From NCBI RefSeq assembly GCF_964204645.1, contig NC_134034.1:9870962-9934961 (forward strand): a stretch of 64,000 bases of DNA, read 5' to 3'. This document shows, in pieces, positions 14,122 through 27,948 of the stretch. The notes beneath the pieces were generated by a model that was not told the DNA's origin, did no database searches, and saw nothing but the letters and a program-made list of their open reading frames with translations. Position 1 is the stretch's first letter. Each line of letters begins with the position of its first letter. This DNA comes from Tubulanus polymorphus. Lineage: Eukaryota > Animalia > Nemertea. Made by a program: the position numbers and the translations under genes.

Positions 14122-14424
14122 TAAAGCGGCGATCACACACAGATTTGGCCTGGGCCAAATTGGCACGGATCAGGCCCGAGACGAATTAGGCCCGTGCCCA
14201 ATTAGACACCGTAAACCATTCGATACTAAACAATGCTCAAATAAAGCAAAGTGATTAATTTCCGGTACCAGTTGCAACTAAACACAATTATTTGACTCGT
14301 GGTAAAATTTGGCTCGGGACTGGTCCGACGTTTTTGGTCGGGCAAAAACAGGCACCGGCCAAATTAACACCGGTGTGAATAGTTCTTCCGGGCCAAAAAT
14401 GCTCGTGTGGTGAGCGCAGCTAAG
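14122..14424. mobile_element. Dispersed MITE-like repeat (ATTTGGCCTGGGCC / GGATCAGGCC family)
   Basis: Shared internal motifs with ~10550-10830 and ~53360-53490; imperfect inverted ends. Confidence 0.5.
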
Positions 14425-15387
14425 GTTAGTGACGGGGGTGGGGAACATTGCTTTCATTTCCGCTGTCGCATTTAAAATGATAAACATTATGACGGTCGTG
14501 AAAATGGAAATTTTAATCGCAATTTATCATGTAGCGTAACGATAACATAAATCAACTCAAATAAAACAGCACGAAAGAGGAAAACCGGATTCTATTTCAT
14601 TTTTTTCGTTCGTCTATTTTCGTATGGAATCGCGATAAATCAAACGCGACGGGACGCGCGACGATTATCAACCAGTCTCTTCGGTGAGGGGAGTTTAGGC
14701 CTTTTTTAAATAAATAGCTTGGTTTACGGGGAAGACCTATTGAAGTATCATTTCGGAGGAAATTAAAATTTAAAAAGAAATTTCCTCGGTGAGATAAAAA
14801 ATCAGTTTTCGAAGGAAGATGGAACTGTCGATTGGGCAATATACGTACGCCAAAACAAATGATTCTCGGAAACATCTAATTCAGCACACTGCGATCAAAA
14901 AGGACCTTGCGTTTTTCAATTTTTTCATAATTAAAACCAGGATTCTCATCGTGCGGAGGGGAAAACCATTTTTTTGCTCATTTTTTCACCGAATTGGTTC
15001 CACGTACGGAAATTTAAAAAAAAACATTTATTCTTTTTTGATTTTTCTTCAAATTTCCATAAACCAAGCAAACAGAGAAAAAGGCCTTAGAGCGAGAGCG
15101 GGATACAACCGAGGATTTCTTCACCTGTCGATAGATCATCGAATACTTTAAATCAAACCTGGTGAGATATCAACCGGTATCTTACTGTCTGACGCTCGTG
15201 GGGTGAACGCGCACCGTTTCACATTGTTAAGACTCCCCCCCCTGGTAGAAATTCTTGCTACGTTTTCTTTCTGCGTCTTTCGTGAATGTTTTTCATTTTC
15301 CTATCAGTCCAAATGAGTAGATATTCTACTGGTACAGACTTTATCCTGAGTAAGAGATAATATCGAATTCTCACTCGGTACTTGATA

Positions 15388-16270
15388 CTCTCAACTTAAC
15401 CGCAGTAAGAGACAGAGTCAACTGTATTTCACAAACTCTTACTCAGTATTTGACACCAACTCGGGGTAGAATTTTACCGGTCTCAACTTTACCGCAGTAA
15501 GAGACAGAGTCTACTGTATATCACTAACTCTTATTCAGTATTTGACACCAACTCGGGGTAGAATTTTACCGGTCTCAACTTTACCGCAGTAAGAGACAGA
15601 GTCTACTGTATTTCACAAACTCTTACTCAGTATTTGACACCAACTCGGGGTAGAATTTTACCGGTCTCAACTTAACCGCAGTAAGAGACAGAGTCTACTG
15701 TATTTCACAAACTCTTACTCAGTATTTGACACCAACTCGGGGTAGAATTTTACCGGTCTCAACTTAACCGCAGTAAGAGACAGAGTCTACTGTATTTCAC
15801 AAACTCTTACTCAGTATTTGACACCAACTCGGGGTAGAATTTTACCGGTCTCAACTTAACCGCAGTAAGAGACAGAGTCTACTGTATTTCACAAACTCTT
15901 ACTCAGTATTTGACACCAACTCGGGGTAGAATTTACCGGTCTCAACTTAACCGCAGTAAGAGACAGAGTCTACTGTATTTCACAAACTCTTACTCTGTAT
16001 TTGACACCAACTCGGGGTAGAATTTTACCGGTCTCAACTTTACCGCAGTAAGAGACAGAGTCTACTGTATTTCACAAACTCTTACTCAGTATTTGACACC
16101 GACTCGGGGTAGAATTTTACCAGTCTCAACTATAGCGCAGTAAGAGACAGAGTCTACTGTACTTCACAAATTCTTACTCAGCATTTGACACAAACTCGCG
16201 GTAGAATTTTACCAGTCTTAACTTAACCGCAGTATGAGACAGATAGGCCTATCACAAACTCCTACTCAGT
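15388..16270. repeat. 92-bp minisatellite, ~9.5 copies
   Basis: CTCAACTT(A/T)ACCGCAGTAAGAGACAGAGTC starts at 15482, 15574, 15666, 15758 and 15850. Confidence 0.95.
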
Positions 16271-16629
16271 GGATTTATTTGAGTGATAGTCTTCAGACAC
16301 CACAGAGTTGACAAAGAAAATACGAATCTATTTCGGAACATGTATTTGCCTTGGTACGGTAGTGTACTTAGTACTTCGCAAACTCTGTCTCGTTTCTACA
16401 AAGAGGGATTTGTTTCAGCTCTAGGTGTGCGCGACAGACAGACAGTCAGTATGTCACATGGAATGGTATAACCGTTGTCTATGTATAATGCTTTAAACAG
16501 ATGACGCAATCTCAACATATGTTCATGTATGAATACAATACATCATAGACATATCATACCATATATATCCGCCCAACGGATATTACTTCAGTTCAATATG
16601 GGGAATAAGAAAGACATAAAACATTCTGT

Positions 16630-17105
16630 GGACCCAGTTCCACAGTTATAGGGGTTTAACTTGGCTCTCAACCCAATTTCACAGTTGTGTGGGTTTAATT
16701 TGACTCTGAACCCCCAGTTGCACAGTTGTGTGGGTTTGATTTGACTCTGGACTAGTTGCACAGTTGTGCGGGTTTAATTTGACTCTAGACCCGCAGTTCC
16801 ACAGTTGTGGGGATTTGATTTGACTCTGAACTCAGTTCCAGTGGAGTGGGTTTGACTCTGGATCCAGTTCCACAGTTGTGTGGGTTTAATTTGACTCTGG
16901 ACCCGCAGTACCACACTTGTGGGGATTTGATTTGATTCTGAACTCAGTTCCACAGTGGAGTGGGTTTGACTCTGGTTCCAGTTACACAGTTGTGTGGGTT
17001 TAATTTGACTCTGGACCCGCAGTTCCACAGTTGTGGGGATTTGATTTGACTCTGAACTCAGTTCCACAGTGGAGTGGGTTTGACTCTGGTTCCAGTTCCA
17101 GTTCC
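16630..17105. repeat. Tandem array of ~35-40-bp MITE-end-like units
   Basis: CAGTTCCACAGTTGTG...TTTGACTCTG repeated; the head is the reverse complement of the CACAACTGTGGAACTGG terminus seen at ~18450 and ~9826-9890. Confidence 0.85.
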
Positions 17106-17648
17106 GCGGTACCGTGGGCTAAATCTGGTTTTTTTAAAGCTAAATTGTTGCTATGCCGACGCGTTCATTCATCAATTAAGTAGAGACATTATCAAGAAAT
17201 GACAATCAGCCGTTAAATGACACGGACTGTAGTATCTATGTATTTAATACATGTCGAGGGATAAATTACTTTTAATTCATCGCATTGTACATAATGAACT
17301 CGACCTATTAGACTGACACAGCGAGCCATACTCTGCATGATAACGATGATATTCAAAAAAGCATTAACGGCTTTATTTTTAAGCATTGTAGTATATGAAT
17401 TAGATTTGAAAACTTCGAAATCTTCAAAATTCTTGTTTTGGATCGGTTATGTATTTAAGCTAATTCTACCGAGTTCCCTGATTCTGAACTCAGTGAAATA
17501 TTTATGGTCCCAACAAAGTTACCGAGTTCCCTGATTCTATAGCAATCTGTCGCATTCTCTCCCTGATTTGAATACCGTTGTCAGGTACTACAGTTTACTA
17601 GGTATGTGTTTTAAGTTGACACCGAACTATTCAAAAGCAAACAGATAC

Positions 17649-17652
<4 letters not shown>

Positions 17653-17741
<89 letters not shown>
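17653..17741. repeat. (TA)n microsatellite
   Basis: Read directly from the sequence. Confidence 0.98.
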
Positions 17742-17744
<3 letters not shown>

Positions 17745-18227
17745 CCTAACAGACACGATTTGCGAGGCAGAGTTGCATAAAATCCGTAAAACAACCAAGT
17801 CCAAATTCAAAACTATTCGCTTTAGAGTCCTGAAGGTATATTATTTACGATGTGTGGACGTACGCCTTTATAATGCTTTCGCATCTCTGCGCGGTTATGA
17901 TATTGAAGAATGGCTCTCGCCGTCGCGCGCGTCAATAATCACCATTTTATAGCCTTATTTATGATGTTACCACGTCTATAACGGGCTGATGGACGAAATG
18001 GCCTAATTACGTTATCTATCTCGAATGGAGAGAAGACGTTTTCACATCGTTCATAATTGAAACCCGTCGGCCACGAATCTATCTACAAATGTATCTACGC
18101 ATGATGATAACACTTTTTCAATAACGTCGAAAGGTAAACAGGACACGTGTTAGATATGAAGTGCTCGGGTACCTGAATAAATCATATCCGAATGGTTTAC
18201 TTTTTATTTTCCAAAGAAAAACATCAG

Positions 18228-18470
18228 GGGCCGGTTGCATAGTCATGGCTTAGACTTAAGACCAGTCTAAGACCAACTATAGCCAATCTAACAACTTAAG
18301 ACCAGTCTTAAGATTTAAGACCATTTTTTGACTTAAGTCACGACTGTGCAACTGGCCCCTGGACTCAGTTCCAGTCATTAGTTAGCGTTAACTCCGAGTT
18401 AAAGTTGTTCGTTTTCGATGAGTTAACTCAAGAGTTAAATCTTAACTCACAACTGTGGAACTGGGTCCAA
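18228..18470. mobile_element. Two abutting Harbinger-like MITEs
   Basis: GGGCCGGTTGCATAGTCATGGCTT...AAGTCACGACTGTGCAACTGGCCC is followed immediately by GGACTCAGTTCCA...CACAACTGTGGAACTGGGTCC. Confidence 0.7.
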
Positions 18471-19064
18471 AATTGTATCGAGATTTCGAAAAGAAAAAAA
18501 ATCTTGATAAAAAAGTTTTCAACACCAACTTTTCGAAGGACACTTTGGAATTTTAGGGGGTACGATAGACTCGAAGTAGAGCCGTAGTGAACGCACTTGA
18601 CCGCTGATTGCCGATTTATTCGTCGCGCGATCTTAAGTTCACGAAGGTCGACTACTACTCGATAATTGCCGAGTCATGCGACGCTTCACTCGTATGAACT
18701 CGTTCTATCCTCAATACGCAATATTCCACATCTACTATAATCATCGCCCTGTAAAAAGACTTCGGTCGAGTTGAATTCTCGTTCAGAAGTCCGAGAAAAT
18801 AAATTGCCCACGGGCGAAGCGGTTCGCCTCGAAAACAGGAGCTCGTTCGCCGAGGACTTTTCCGCTTGAGAGTTTTCAGCATTCGAAGTTCTATCGATTT
18901 TTCAGCTTTTTTTATGAATGAATGAATTCATTTAAAAAAAAAAACGGACATCACGAATATTCAAACAACAGACTCTACGTTTTTCCGACGGCCATCTGTT
19001 GCACGTGCCTTTCAAAAAACGGCTTTTACGCAAAAAACTATCGAGAAACCAGGTGTTTTTCGCC

Positions 19065-19067
<3 letters not shown>

Positions 19068-19106
<39 letters not shown>

Positions 19107-19162
19107 AATGTATATGTGATATATGCATATATATGTACATATATATATGTACACATACATAC
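19068..19162. repeat. (TA)n plus degenerate TA/CA microsatellite
   Basis: Read directly from the sequence. Confidence 0.9.
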
Positions 19163-20005
19163 AACAACTGAACCGACAACCCGCACAGAACGCGCTAAGA
19201 GGCTATAACCAGCCTGGCGCTGACATCTCGTTTTCGCTGCGCCGTCTACGTGACTGGTGTCAGCCGCACAGATATCGTCTGCCCGAGACAATTTCTATTA
19301 ATTCTCTCCGGTTTAAATACGATACCTCGCCGCAGACCTGGAAACGTATCTTCAGGGTGTGGCTATCTTCGCTTAACGTCTAGATATAAACATCGGTCAT
19401 TCTGTAGACAATGACGGTTTCTACTGACCCTCTTCCATAGAAACGCCAGTCTTCTAGAACTAATCACATAATTGAAGACACAGCTCGAGCCATTTCGGTT
19501 TTCCGCCTATCTGAAACGGTTCTATAGCCAATATAACAACTTAAGACCAGTCAAAGCTCATTTTGGTTCTATAGCCAATTTGACAACTTACGACCAGTCT
19601 AAGCTCAGACAAGTCTCAGATGATATATAGGACTATTTTTAGTCTTGAGTCACGACTTTACAACTGGGCTGAGAGTTTGTACCAGAACTCCGACAAACTC
19701 TGATTCTATACGAAGTTAAACCGGGCCTTGAAAACAATCCGTATCAATTCTAGGATTTCCGAACTGCTAAAATTCCAAGAAATCGCGCACCATAAAATGG
19801 ATTTTCATTTCAGCCATTTTTCTAAAACGCGCTGATCACAACCTAACCGTAAGCCTGTTTCCGCCTTAATACGAGTACATTCGAAGGAATTCAGGCGTTC
19901 GTGACGCCGTTCTTAACAGCCAGCGATCATCAGCGTTGGTTAACGAGAATAAACCATTATTTAACCGGAACAATGCGTAAGAACAAGCGCGATTAAACAC
20001 TTTAA

Positions 20006-20283
20006 CTCTTTCAGTGCGTCTACACCACAGTGCGGTGTATAAATCAGTGATGGATTTTGCTAGTACACCGCACGGTGTATTGATGTAATTAGTAATTATC
20101 TCTCTTAAAAAATGGCAGCACTTGTCAGACACAGTGAAATACTAGTAACTAAGGATACACCGCGCCGCGGTGTAGACGCACTATAGTGCTATTCCCATTA
20201 TTCAACACACTAGGGTGGAATTTTTTAAAATTTTCAAATTATCTCTAGCACTATAGGGTATTAACTAGTCAGCACTGAAAGGG
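20006..20283. mobile_element. piggyBac-like MITE, copy 1
   Basis: TTAA on both sides; TIR C(T/C)CTTTCAGTGC / GCACTGAAAGGG; highly similar to 26668-26955. Confidence 0.8.
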
Positions 20284-21785
20284 TTAAACACCGAAACAGC
20301 AAATAGACTGTGATGATGACGATGCAAGACAAATTTCAAGACAGATTTAGTCCTAATTGTAGTTACGCTGGGTTAAGCACAGTCGTTGGTCAAGTCATCG
20401 TAGGTTACGTTGTCTGAAGTCATCACCACCATTCGTCTTATTTCTAGGTCAATTTATTAAGTCATCATTTGGATAAGCCGTCAAAATGATGATCGTACCA
20501 ACTACCACGACTCGGGCGAGTTCGATAAACTAGAACTTTAGACAGGCTTCGATCGGCCTTCATTGATTCTGTTATTATATTTATATTGTCAAAAAGGGAA
20601 AGTATCCGCGCAGAGCAAGAAACCAGTACGAGGTCTGGACAATTTTGAACTTTCAGCGCATTTTCAACGCGATTTCCAGGCACTTGAAAGACTTGACAAT
20701 GTATGAATACTGAATAGTGATAAACGTGCGAGCCATAGGTTCTTGGGCTCAGGTTCAAACTCGAACTCAGAAATTATAATGCTTTATTTACAATTGCATT
20801 TTATAGTCAGTTGTATCTAGGTCCAATAGCTAAATCTTGTCACGACAATTTTTTGAATTTCGACCCCGTTCCCCAGTTATGAGGTCGCCTTCGAGGTCAT
20901 GTCGCTGAAAAAGTTTTCAGTGCCTAGTTCTGCCGCTAGGTGGAGCGCTGGGCCCATTCTTTGCGCTGTGCATACCCATATTAACACTGAAACCGAGTTT
21001 CATCGAGGACCCACTATTAACAAAGCTAAGTAGCTGAAAGACCCGTGGACTGTATGAGAATATAAGTAGTTCATGAAAGGCTGAGTGCTATGCAACAGCC
21101 TACCGTTCGACCAATGTGGGCAGAAAAAATGCTGCCATATTTTAAAGGAAAATTCGCAATCGGATCTGCGCCCGTAATTGCTCAATCGCGGTGTCCGGCG
21201 TGACGGATAAAGTGCCCTTCAAAAATTTACGCGTCTCCTTACAATGTCAACCTGATAGAACCCGCTAACGAGAAGAGGTATCTGTATCGAAATATAGAAG
21301 TATCAGATTCGAATCCGTATCGAAATAACAATACACTTACCACCTACCGAACATATATCTCTCTCATACAAACAAACGCATGCACCACGCACAACAACAC
21401 TGGTTTTAATCTGTGCTTTAGAATTATATACATTTATCTCTTTACTATTGTTATGGGTTTAAAGTTCGATAGCGATTCATTGTTATCGGTTAACCTTGAT
21501 CGTAACGTATGGCGGTATAGGGCGGATATTCCCGTGACGCCGCGCCAATTCGCATCCATCGAAACTGCAACTGCGGGGACGACGGACACGCGCCTAAACG
21601 CCGGTTTTACTACTCAAGAATGCCAAGCGCCATTTTTCGAAAAATTTCATTTTTTCAAAACTTACCAGGGTTCCTGTTATCAGTGGTCTTCGATTTTCCA
21701 TACGTTTTACCGCGGTCAAATATACGAATTCTATACCTCTATACCTACTTAATCAGGAAGTCATTTACTTTTCAATAGTGATAGT

Positions 21786-22152
21786 CAGGGATGAAAACGG
21801 CCCATATTGAAAAAGTCGGAAAATATTTTCAAAAAAAAGAATTTTTTGCGAACAAAAATCAGTAACTTTTAGCCAAAAAACTTACTTCCTTTTGGTTAAA
21901 ATGTTAATAGTTTGGGCTTGAATTAGAGCCGCTTTTTGAATGAGACACCATATTGGTTTCTCCGACTCCATAGTTGCGCTAACAACTGCCGAAAACCGTC
22001 TTAAGGAGCACTCCTAACTACGGAGCGCTCCAATGTGACGCCCGCGATTTCGGTGATTAAAGCGATTGTGGTGATTTACACTGTTCTCAGGAATAAAGAA
22101 AATGTTAGAAAAGGTCGGAAATCCGTCTATGGTCGGAAGATTTTCATCCCTG
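21786..22152. mobile_element. Non-autonomous DNA transposon, hAT-like, with a 6-bp TSD
   Basis: Perfect TIR CAGGGATGAAAA / TTTTCATCCCTG flanked by direct repeat GATAGT (21780-21785, 22153-22158). Confidence 0.75.
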
Positions 22153-22802
22153 GATAGTTCATGACAAACAAATACTGGGCCTACGGTATTGATACGGCGA
22201 GAAAGAATTATCCTAATCTAAAATTGGGGCGCTAGGGACGGAGGGAGGGAGGGGTAACAGATTATGTGGGAGTATAGTGAAATGTAAGGTATGAGGCTAT
22301 GGGAGGGGGATACACTTATAAAACATGCTCAGTCATTCATCATAACCGTTTCCACCGAGATAGCGCACGCACGCACGGGAATAAACATAGGAAATACCGC
22401 ACGTTAGAGGAAGAGTTAGAGGAGGCGTTAGAGGAATGACTTAGGAAGTCTTTATCAGTAATTTCTACGCAATGGTTTAATTGACGCAGCCGGAATAGAC
22501 CCCCACCTCCCCCCGCAGAATTAAGACCACATTCAAAGCGGCATACCGAACTACAGTCTATAGGAAAGAAATTACTGCTAACAGGAAATACTGTGAATTA
22601 CAATTGATCCGGATTGTTCTAATCTGGATAGCGAGGGTTTCGGTTAGTTGAACACTTAGTTAACCACATCGGATGAACCGACAAATAAAACACCGCATTT
22701 CTACCCATGACAATGGGATATACAGACAGCGCTGATATAACGAGCGCAATTCCTGCCGGAATCCACCGGGTGTCGCTAGTGAACGGTGCGTCGATGATGC
22801 TG

Positions 22803-23224
22803 CCCTTCCAGTGCATCTACATCGCAGTGCGGTGTATTCGTAAACTTAGTAATCAGTTTTTATCTTTATTGAAAGATGGCAGCACCAGTAAAACATTGGG
22901 TAAAAGTGCAGATCCGCACCGCTCGGCGTAAATGGTTCAATCATTGTTTCAGATTCAAAATGTCATCAGCAATTCAGTACATTGCGATTGCCATTGGTTA
23001 AGTTTTAAGATATCTTCACTAGAAAGATTTTAGCCCGGATTCTGTCATTCAGCAGATTGCGTCAATCACGAGAGGTGCAGATCTGCACTTTTACCAAATA
23101 TTGGACACCGCACTGCACTATAGACGCACTACAGCCGTTGTATTACGAACTGGGGCGTAATTCTTTTTAAATTTTCTGATCATCTCCAGCTCTTTCATGG
23201 TTTTAATTAGTCAGCACTGAAAGA
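22803..23224. mobile_element. Diverged, longer relative of the piggyBac-like MITE
   Basis: Shares CCCTTCCAGTGC, GAAAGATGGCAGCACC and TAGTCAGCACTGAAAGAG with the two copies above. Confidence 0.6.
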
Positions 23225-24231
23225 GTTGACAGTCTGAGGATCCTGCAAGTCGTTAATCAAAAATCAACTGCTTTTGATCGAGCACGTCTGATATCTTAGT
23301 GGCGCCATCTGACGGGATAGCTGGCCACAACTACATCATTCGATCCATCAGTTAACATGTCGCCCAATGGCGCGTCGATGGTTAACAAATTCTTAACCAC
23401 TGAGTAGCAATAAGCGTTTCAATTGCCACTATGTCAGTTATCCACGTGTTAGAAGATCCACCCAAATCCACATTACAGTCCAATTTACTGAGTACTACGT
23501 ATATTCCTGCCATTCAAAATTATTTTCAAATCGTAAAAAATTACGATTTGTAGGCATGGAAACACGTCAGGACATGTCGTTATAATCCAAAAATTGGCCG
23601 ATCTTTTCTCCTTTCATCACGAGAAAACGACGACTTTTTAGCAATCCTTTTATACGCTGTAAAATGAAATTAAAAACGATTTCAGACAGCACAGTTTCAC
23701 CGGTTGTAACAGGACCAAATTACCGTACGGGTTCAAAAGATTAAGAGCAATATATCCCCAAAAAAATTGATGAGTGACAAAAATAAATCGACTTTAGTAG
23801 AAATGATTTCTAAAGCGGGATTTCTTCATCGGATCAACCGCGATAACCGGATTTACCGGAGCGACACCCCGGTACAGGCGCCCCCGCTTAAACGGCTGAA
23901 AATTTTTCAGACCAAATCAAAAAGATATCAAGGACAGCTTTTATCTATAAGACCAACTTTCCATCGGGCGAAGACTAAGCCGAATTCGACGAACAGGTTT
24001 TTTGACAAAGGCGTTAATTTGAACGTGTTAACCTCCTTAGGAAGCCGTGTGGAGGTTCAATGACTCATAAATAAATCGGCTTTAGACAATGAAAGCTGTG
24101 AATGGGACAAATTAAACATCGTCAAAAAATGAGGTCACATGGTTTTGTATTGAAATATCGCGGCAATGGAGAAAGTAAATAGCAACATACAACACTGGAT
24201 ATAGCGGTAGTGGAGTACAATACAGTCATCA

Positions 24232-24903
24232 GTCCGGAACCACCCTCTCACACAATCTATAGGCTGGAACCACCCTCTCATACAATCTATAGCACGGAAC
24301 CACCCTCTCATACAATCTATAGCACGGAGCCACCCTCTCACACAATCTATAGCACGGAACCACCCTCTCATACAATCGATAGCCTGGAACCACCCTCTCA
24401 TACAATCTGGCACGGAACCACCCTCTCATATAATCTATAGCCCGGAACCACCCTCTCATACAATCTATAGCCCAGAACCACCCTCTCACACAATCTATAG
24501 CACGGAACCACCCTCTCACACAATCTATAGCCTGGAACCACCCTCTCACACAATCTATAGCACGGAACCACCCTCTCACACAATCTATAGCCTGGAACCA
24601 CCCTCTCATACAATCTGGCACGGAACCACCCTCTCATATAATCTATAGCCCGGAACCACCCTCTCATACAATCTATAGCCCAGAACCACCCTCTCACACA
24701 ATCTATAGCACGGAACCACCCTCTCACACAATCTATAGCCTGGAACCACCCTCTCACACAATCTATAGCACGGAACCACCCTCTCACACAATCTATAGCC
24801 TGGAACCACCCGCTCATACAATCTATAGCCTGGAACCACCCTCTCATACAATCTATAGCCTGGAACCACCCTCTCATACAATCTATAGCCTGGAACCACC
24901 CCT
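24232..24903. repeat. 30-bp minisatellite, ~22 copies
   Basis: Unit GGAACCACCCTCTCA(T/C)ACAATCTATAGC(A/C)(C/T); it explains the repetitive ORFs at 24135-24899. Confidence 0.97.
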
Positions 24904-26148
24904 CAAGACATTCAGCATCGTACTGTAAAGTGTGGACGATCAGTTTTGCTGATGATCAGTGTGCTGATAAAATGTCTAATGTCTGGTTTGTACTTCATTT
25001 TCAATTAAAGATGTCTTAAAGGTGAAATGAATGGCCCCCTTTCGATAGGTCAAGTGTGCTGATCAGCCGATCAATCTATGTGCTGTGTTTGCAGTTTATT
25101 TTTCAAGATTTTCCATCATGAATTCCGGAGATCAGAAAACACGAAAATTAAGCTTGAGCGGGTGTATATTCCTATCAGTCAGTCTAGTCATTAGAAAATA
25201 TCAGTATTATACAAATTCAATCATGCATTAGAAATCAACAGAATTCTGTCTGCCCTCACGGGAACCGCCACGCTTAAATAGATATATTTTTACATTCTGA
25301 AAGAAAGTTTGACCTAGTTAATACAATATGTCTGAGCCTACTTTTCACAAAGGGACAGCTGGCAAATATCGATTGATGTTCATTCATCATTTTCCCCGCT
25401 GGTGACATGGATTACGTCAATTTCATAGACCGTATATACGCCCTCTGTCTCTATCTATCCTCCTCTCCGTTCCGCAATGACCTATTCGATCGTTGCTAGA
25501 GAGAGAGTGTGAATCGTAAAATTACTTTTTTAGTGTCGACCAGTAAGGCTTTTACGCGTATGTCAGATACGATATTCTAGTCTATAGCACACGTTCATAT
25601 TGAATAGATGAAAGGAAATATATCAGTGGTTTTTAGATGCTTTAAGGGTCCTATGAGTGGGACCCATGGTTGGAGCTGAGGTGAACGCTATACAATAGAC
25701 TCTGTACCCGTATTTGGTAGCATCAGGATTGAAAATTCATTTTCAACCGATGGTTTAGAATCAGGGAACTCGATGAGGCAATCATTGAGACTGCTGTAAA
25801 TATTTCAACAGACACCTGAGTTAAGAATCGGGGCGATTGAAGGTTTTCGCCCGAGCAAAATTCGCCGATCGTTCCGTAAATGAGGAATCTGAGATTTCAG
25901 CGGAAAACTGAGGCCACAATTTTCCGCTGAAATCAGCGTGCAGCATCGCCGAGGGGTTTCTACTACTGAAATAGTGGGAGGGAGGCAAGGAGAACTGCTG
26001 CTCGTCAGGAGTTATGAGTCAACGAACTTTAACGCGATGATAATAATTATAATAACGAAAACTCTGAGGGATCATCGCACAATCAAACCAACGCACAAAG
26101 AAAGATCCCGAAAAAACCCCGTATCGACGATATACTTTACACACGTAC

Positions 26149-26410
26149 CTTCTGATGTTTATTGCTATTGTCTCCGCGATGATAAAAAATCCTCCGACAA
26201 ATCCTTCGACGAAAAGAAAAAACGCGAATAATTCCTTAGAGAACTTCGTCTTGATTATAATTCCCGATTCGATGTCGTCATCGTAAAAACTCGCGGAGAG
26301 ATGAATGGTAGGGGATAGATTGAATGAATGTTCGTCGGTCTATACTAGTTTTCAAGAGCGTATGAGGCAGCTCTGTCTACTGTTAGTGTGTGAGGCGTAT
26401 ATATGCTAAT
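26149..26410 (-). promoter_or_regulatory. Candidate first non-coding exon/promoter of the unidentified gene
   Basis: CpG-rich patch with donor AAG|GTACGT at 26149 and a TATA-like run at ~26398-26404. A similar strong donor GTG|GTAAGT lies near 21340. Confidence 0.25.
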
Positions 26411-26667
26411 AACGCGTGCAGCGCGCGCGTATTCATTCTAATAATCTGAAAAAATCTGATGCAGGCAGCCCTGGCTCTTGTCCTACATGAAGATCTGTCT
26501 GTAGTTTGGCATTTGTATGATGATATGATTAATGGTGAATGTATTTTTCCTATTTCTTACTGTTCTCCCCTGAATCTGTCAACAGAAATTCTACCGTCAA
26601 TGTCCGCAGTGAACGACAGTCAAAAAATGTCAACAGCTAATGTTGGACAATTTGGAGAAAAGATTAA

Positions 26668-26955
26668 CCCTTTCAGTGCGTCTACACCGCAGTGCGGTGT
26701 ACGAATCAGTGAAGGATTTTGCTAGTACACCGCACTGCAGTGTATTGGTGTAATAAGTGATTAGTTTTTATCTCTATTGAAAGATGGCAGCACCTGTCAA
26801 ACATAGTGAAATATTAGTATCTAACGATACACCGCGCCGCGGTGTAGACGCACTATAGTGGTATTCCCGTTGTTCAACACACTAGGGTGGAATTTTTCAG
26901 AATTTTCAAATTATCTTCAGCACTATAGGGTATTAATTAGCCAGCACTAAAAGGG
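26668..26955. mobile_element. piggyBac-like MITE, copy 2
   Basis: TTAA-CCCTTTCAGTGC ... GCACTAAAAGGG-TTAA. Confidence 0.82.
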
Positions 26956-27948
26956 TTAAGGTTTAAACCCACTTTTCAAAATCAACCCCCCCTGTTTCAC
27001 TCCTGGCAGGTGTGGTGGGTTCGCAACTACCGCGGGTTTGGACACACCGAATGAAAACAAATCAAACCAAATCCACCAATCAAAGATAAGAGATGGACGA
27101 CCTTCCATATTTTAAGATTGAAAAGAACGGCGTTACAGAATTTCAGGGATGAGAAGTTTCTGCAAATTTACATTTTCGCATTGCTATCTTTTCCACTTTT
27201 CATATTTCTTCACACCAAAATACACAATTTTTCACATTTTTTGGACACCAAATCCATAATTTTTCGCACTTAAGAGACACAAACCTAACGCGATTTCTTC
27301 ATTTTCGATGAGGTTTTTGCTAGATCCGCATAGTTAAACATGTTTTTAAGACAATATACAGCTATTCTAACCAGTAAATCGGGTATAGAAATCAATAACT
27401 GACTCTAGACTATGAACATGTACATGTACTATGAACTAGGTATCATCAAAGTTGGGGATAAAACAACATATACCGCCTGTCAGGAAAACTACATAAACTT
27501 TCTGGCGACAAAAATTTTCGTAAATTTTACATTCACTTTTCAGAAACGTGCACGTTTTTTTTTTCACATTTTCCGTGCGCATCTAATGCCTGCAATCTAG
27601 AAAAAAATTGACGTCTTCAAGAATTAAAATCAGACGAATCACATTTCGGATCGTCTCCCTCAGCAAGACCATCAATTTAAGTGTCACACCCAACGATGGT
27701 CAGTTAATCATTCGATCTCATTACGATAGAGCAGTTCACGGACCACAATTCTGCGAAATATATACATTATTTGTAATAAATTGAACCTTCAATACACCCG
27801 GGTGTAACAACTGTCGAGAGCAGAGGTGAAAAGTTCATCATTTTCAATGACGACGATGCTGATGATATTTCGAAACAATAATTACCTCTGAGATCAATAA
27901 AGAGCTATTCAATGAGAATCTGTTAAATTACTGATATATTTCGGCTTT

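Noticed and set aside
15388-16270. CRISPR-like regular arrays (also 24.2-24.9, 42.6-43.3 and 63.5-64 kb)
   Set aside because: Units are near-identical along their whole length with no unique spacers, there are no cas genes, and the context is eukaryotic.
24135-24899. Repetitive ORFs (DCMRGWFQAI, TEPPSHTIYS); similar ORFs at 16774, 58267-58673 and 62128
   Set aside because: These are translations of minisatellites, open in several frames, with no splice or start context.
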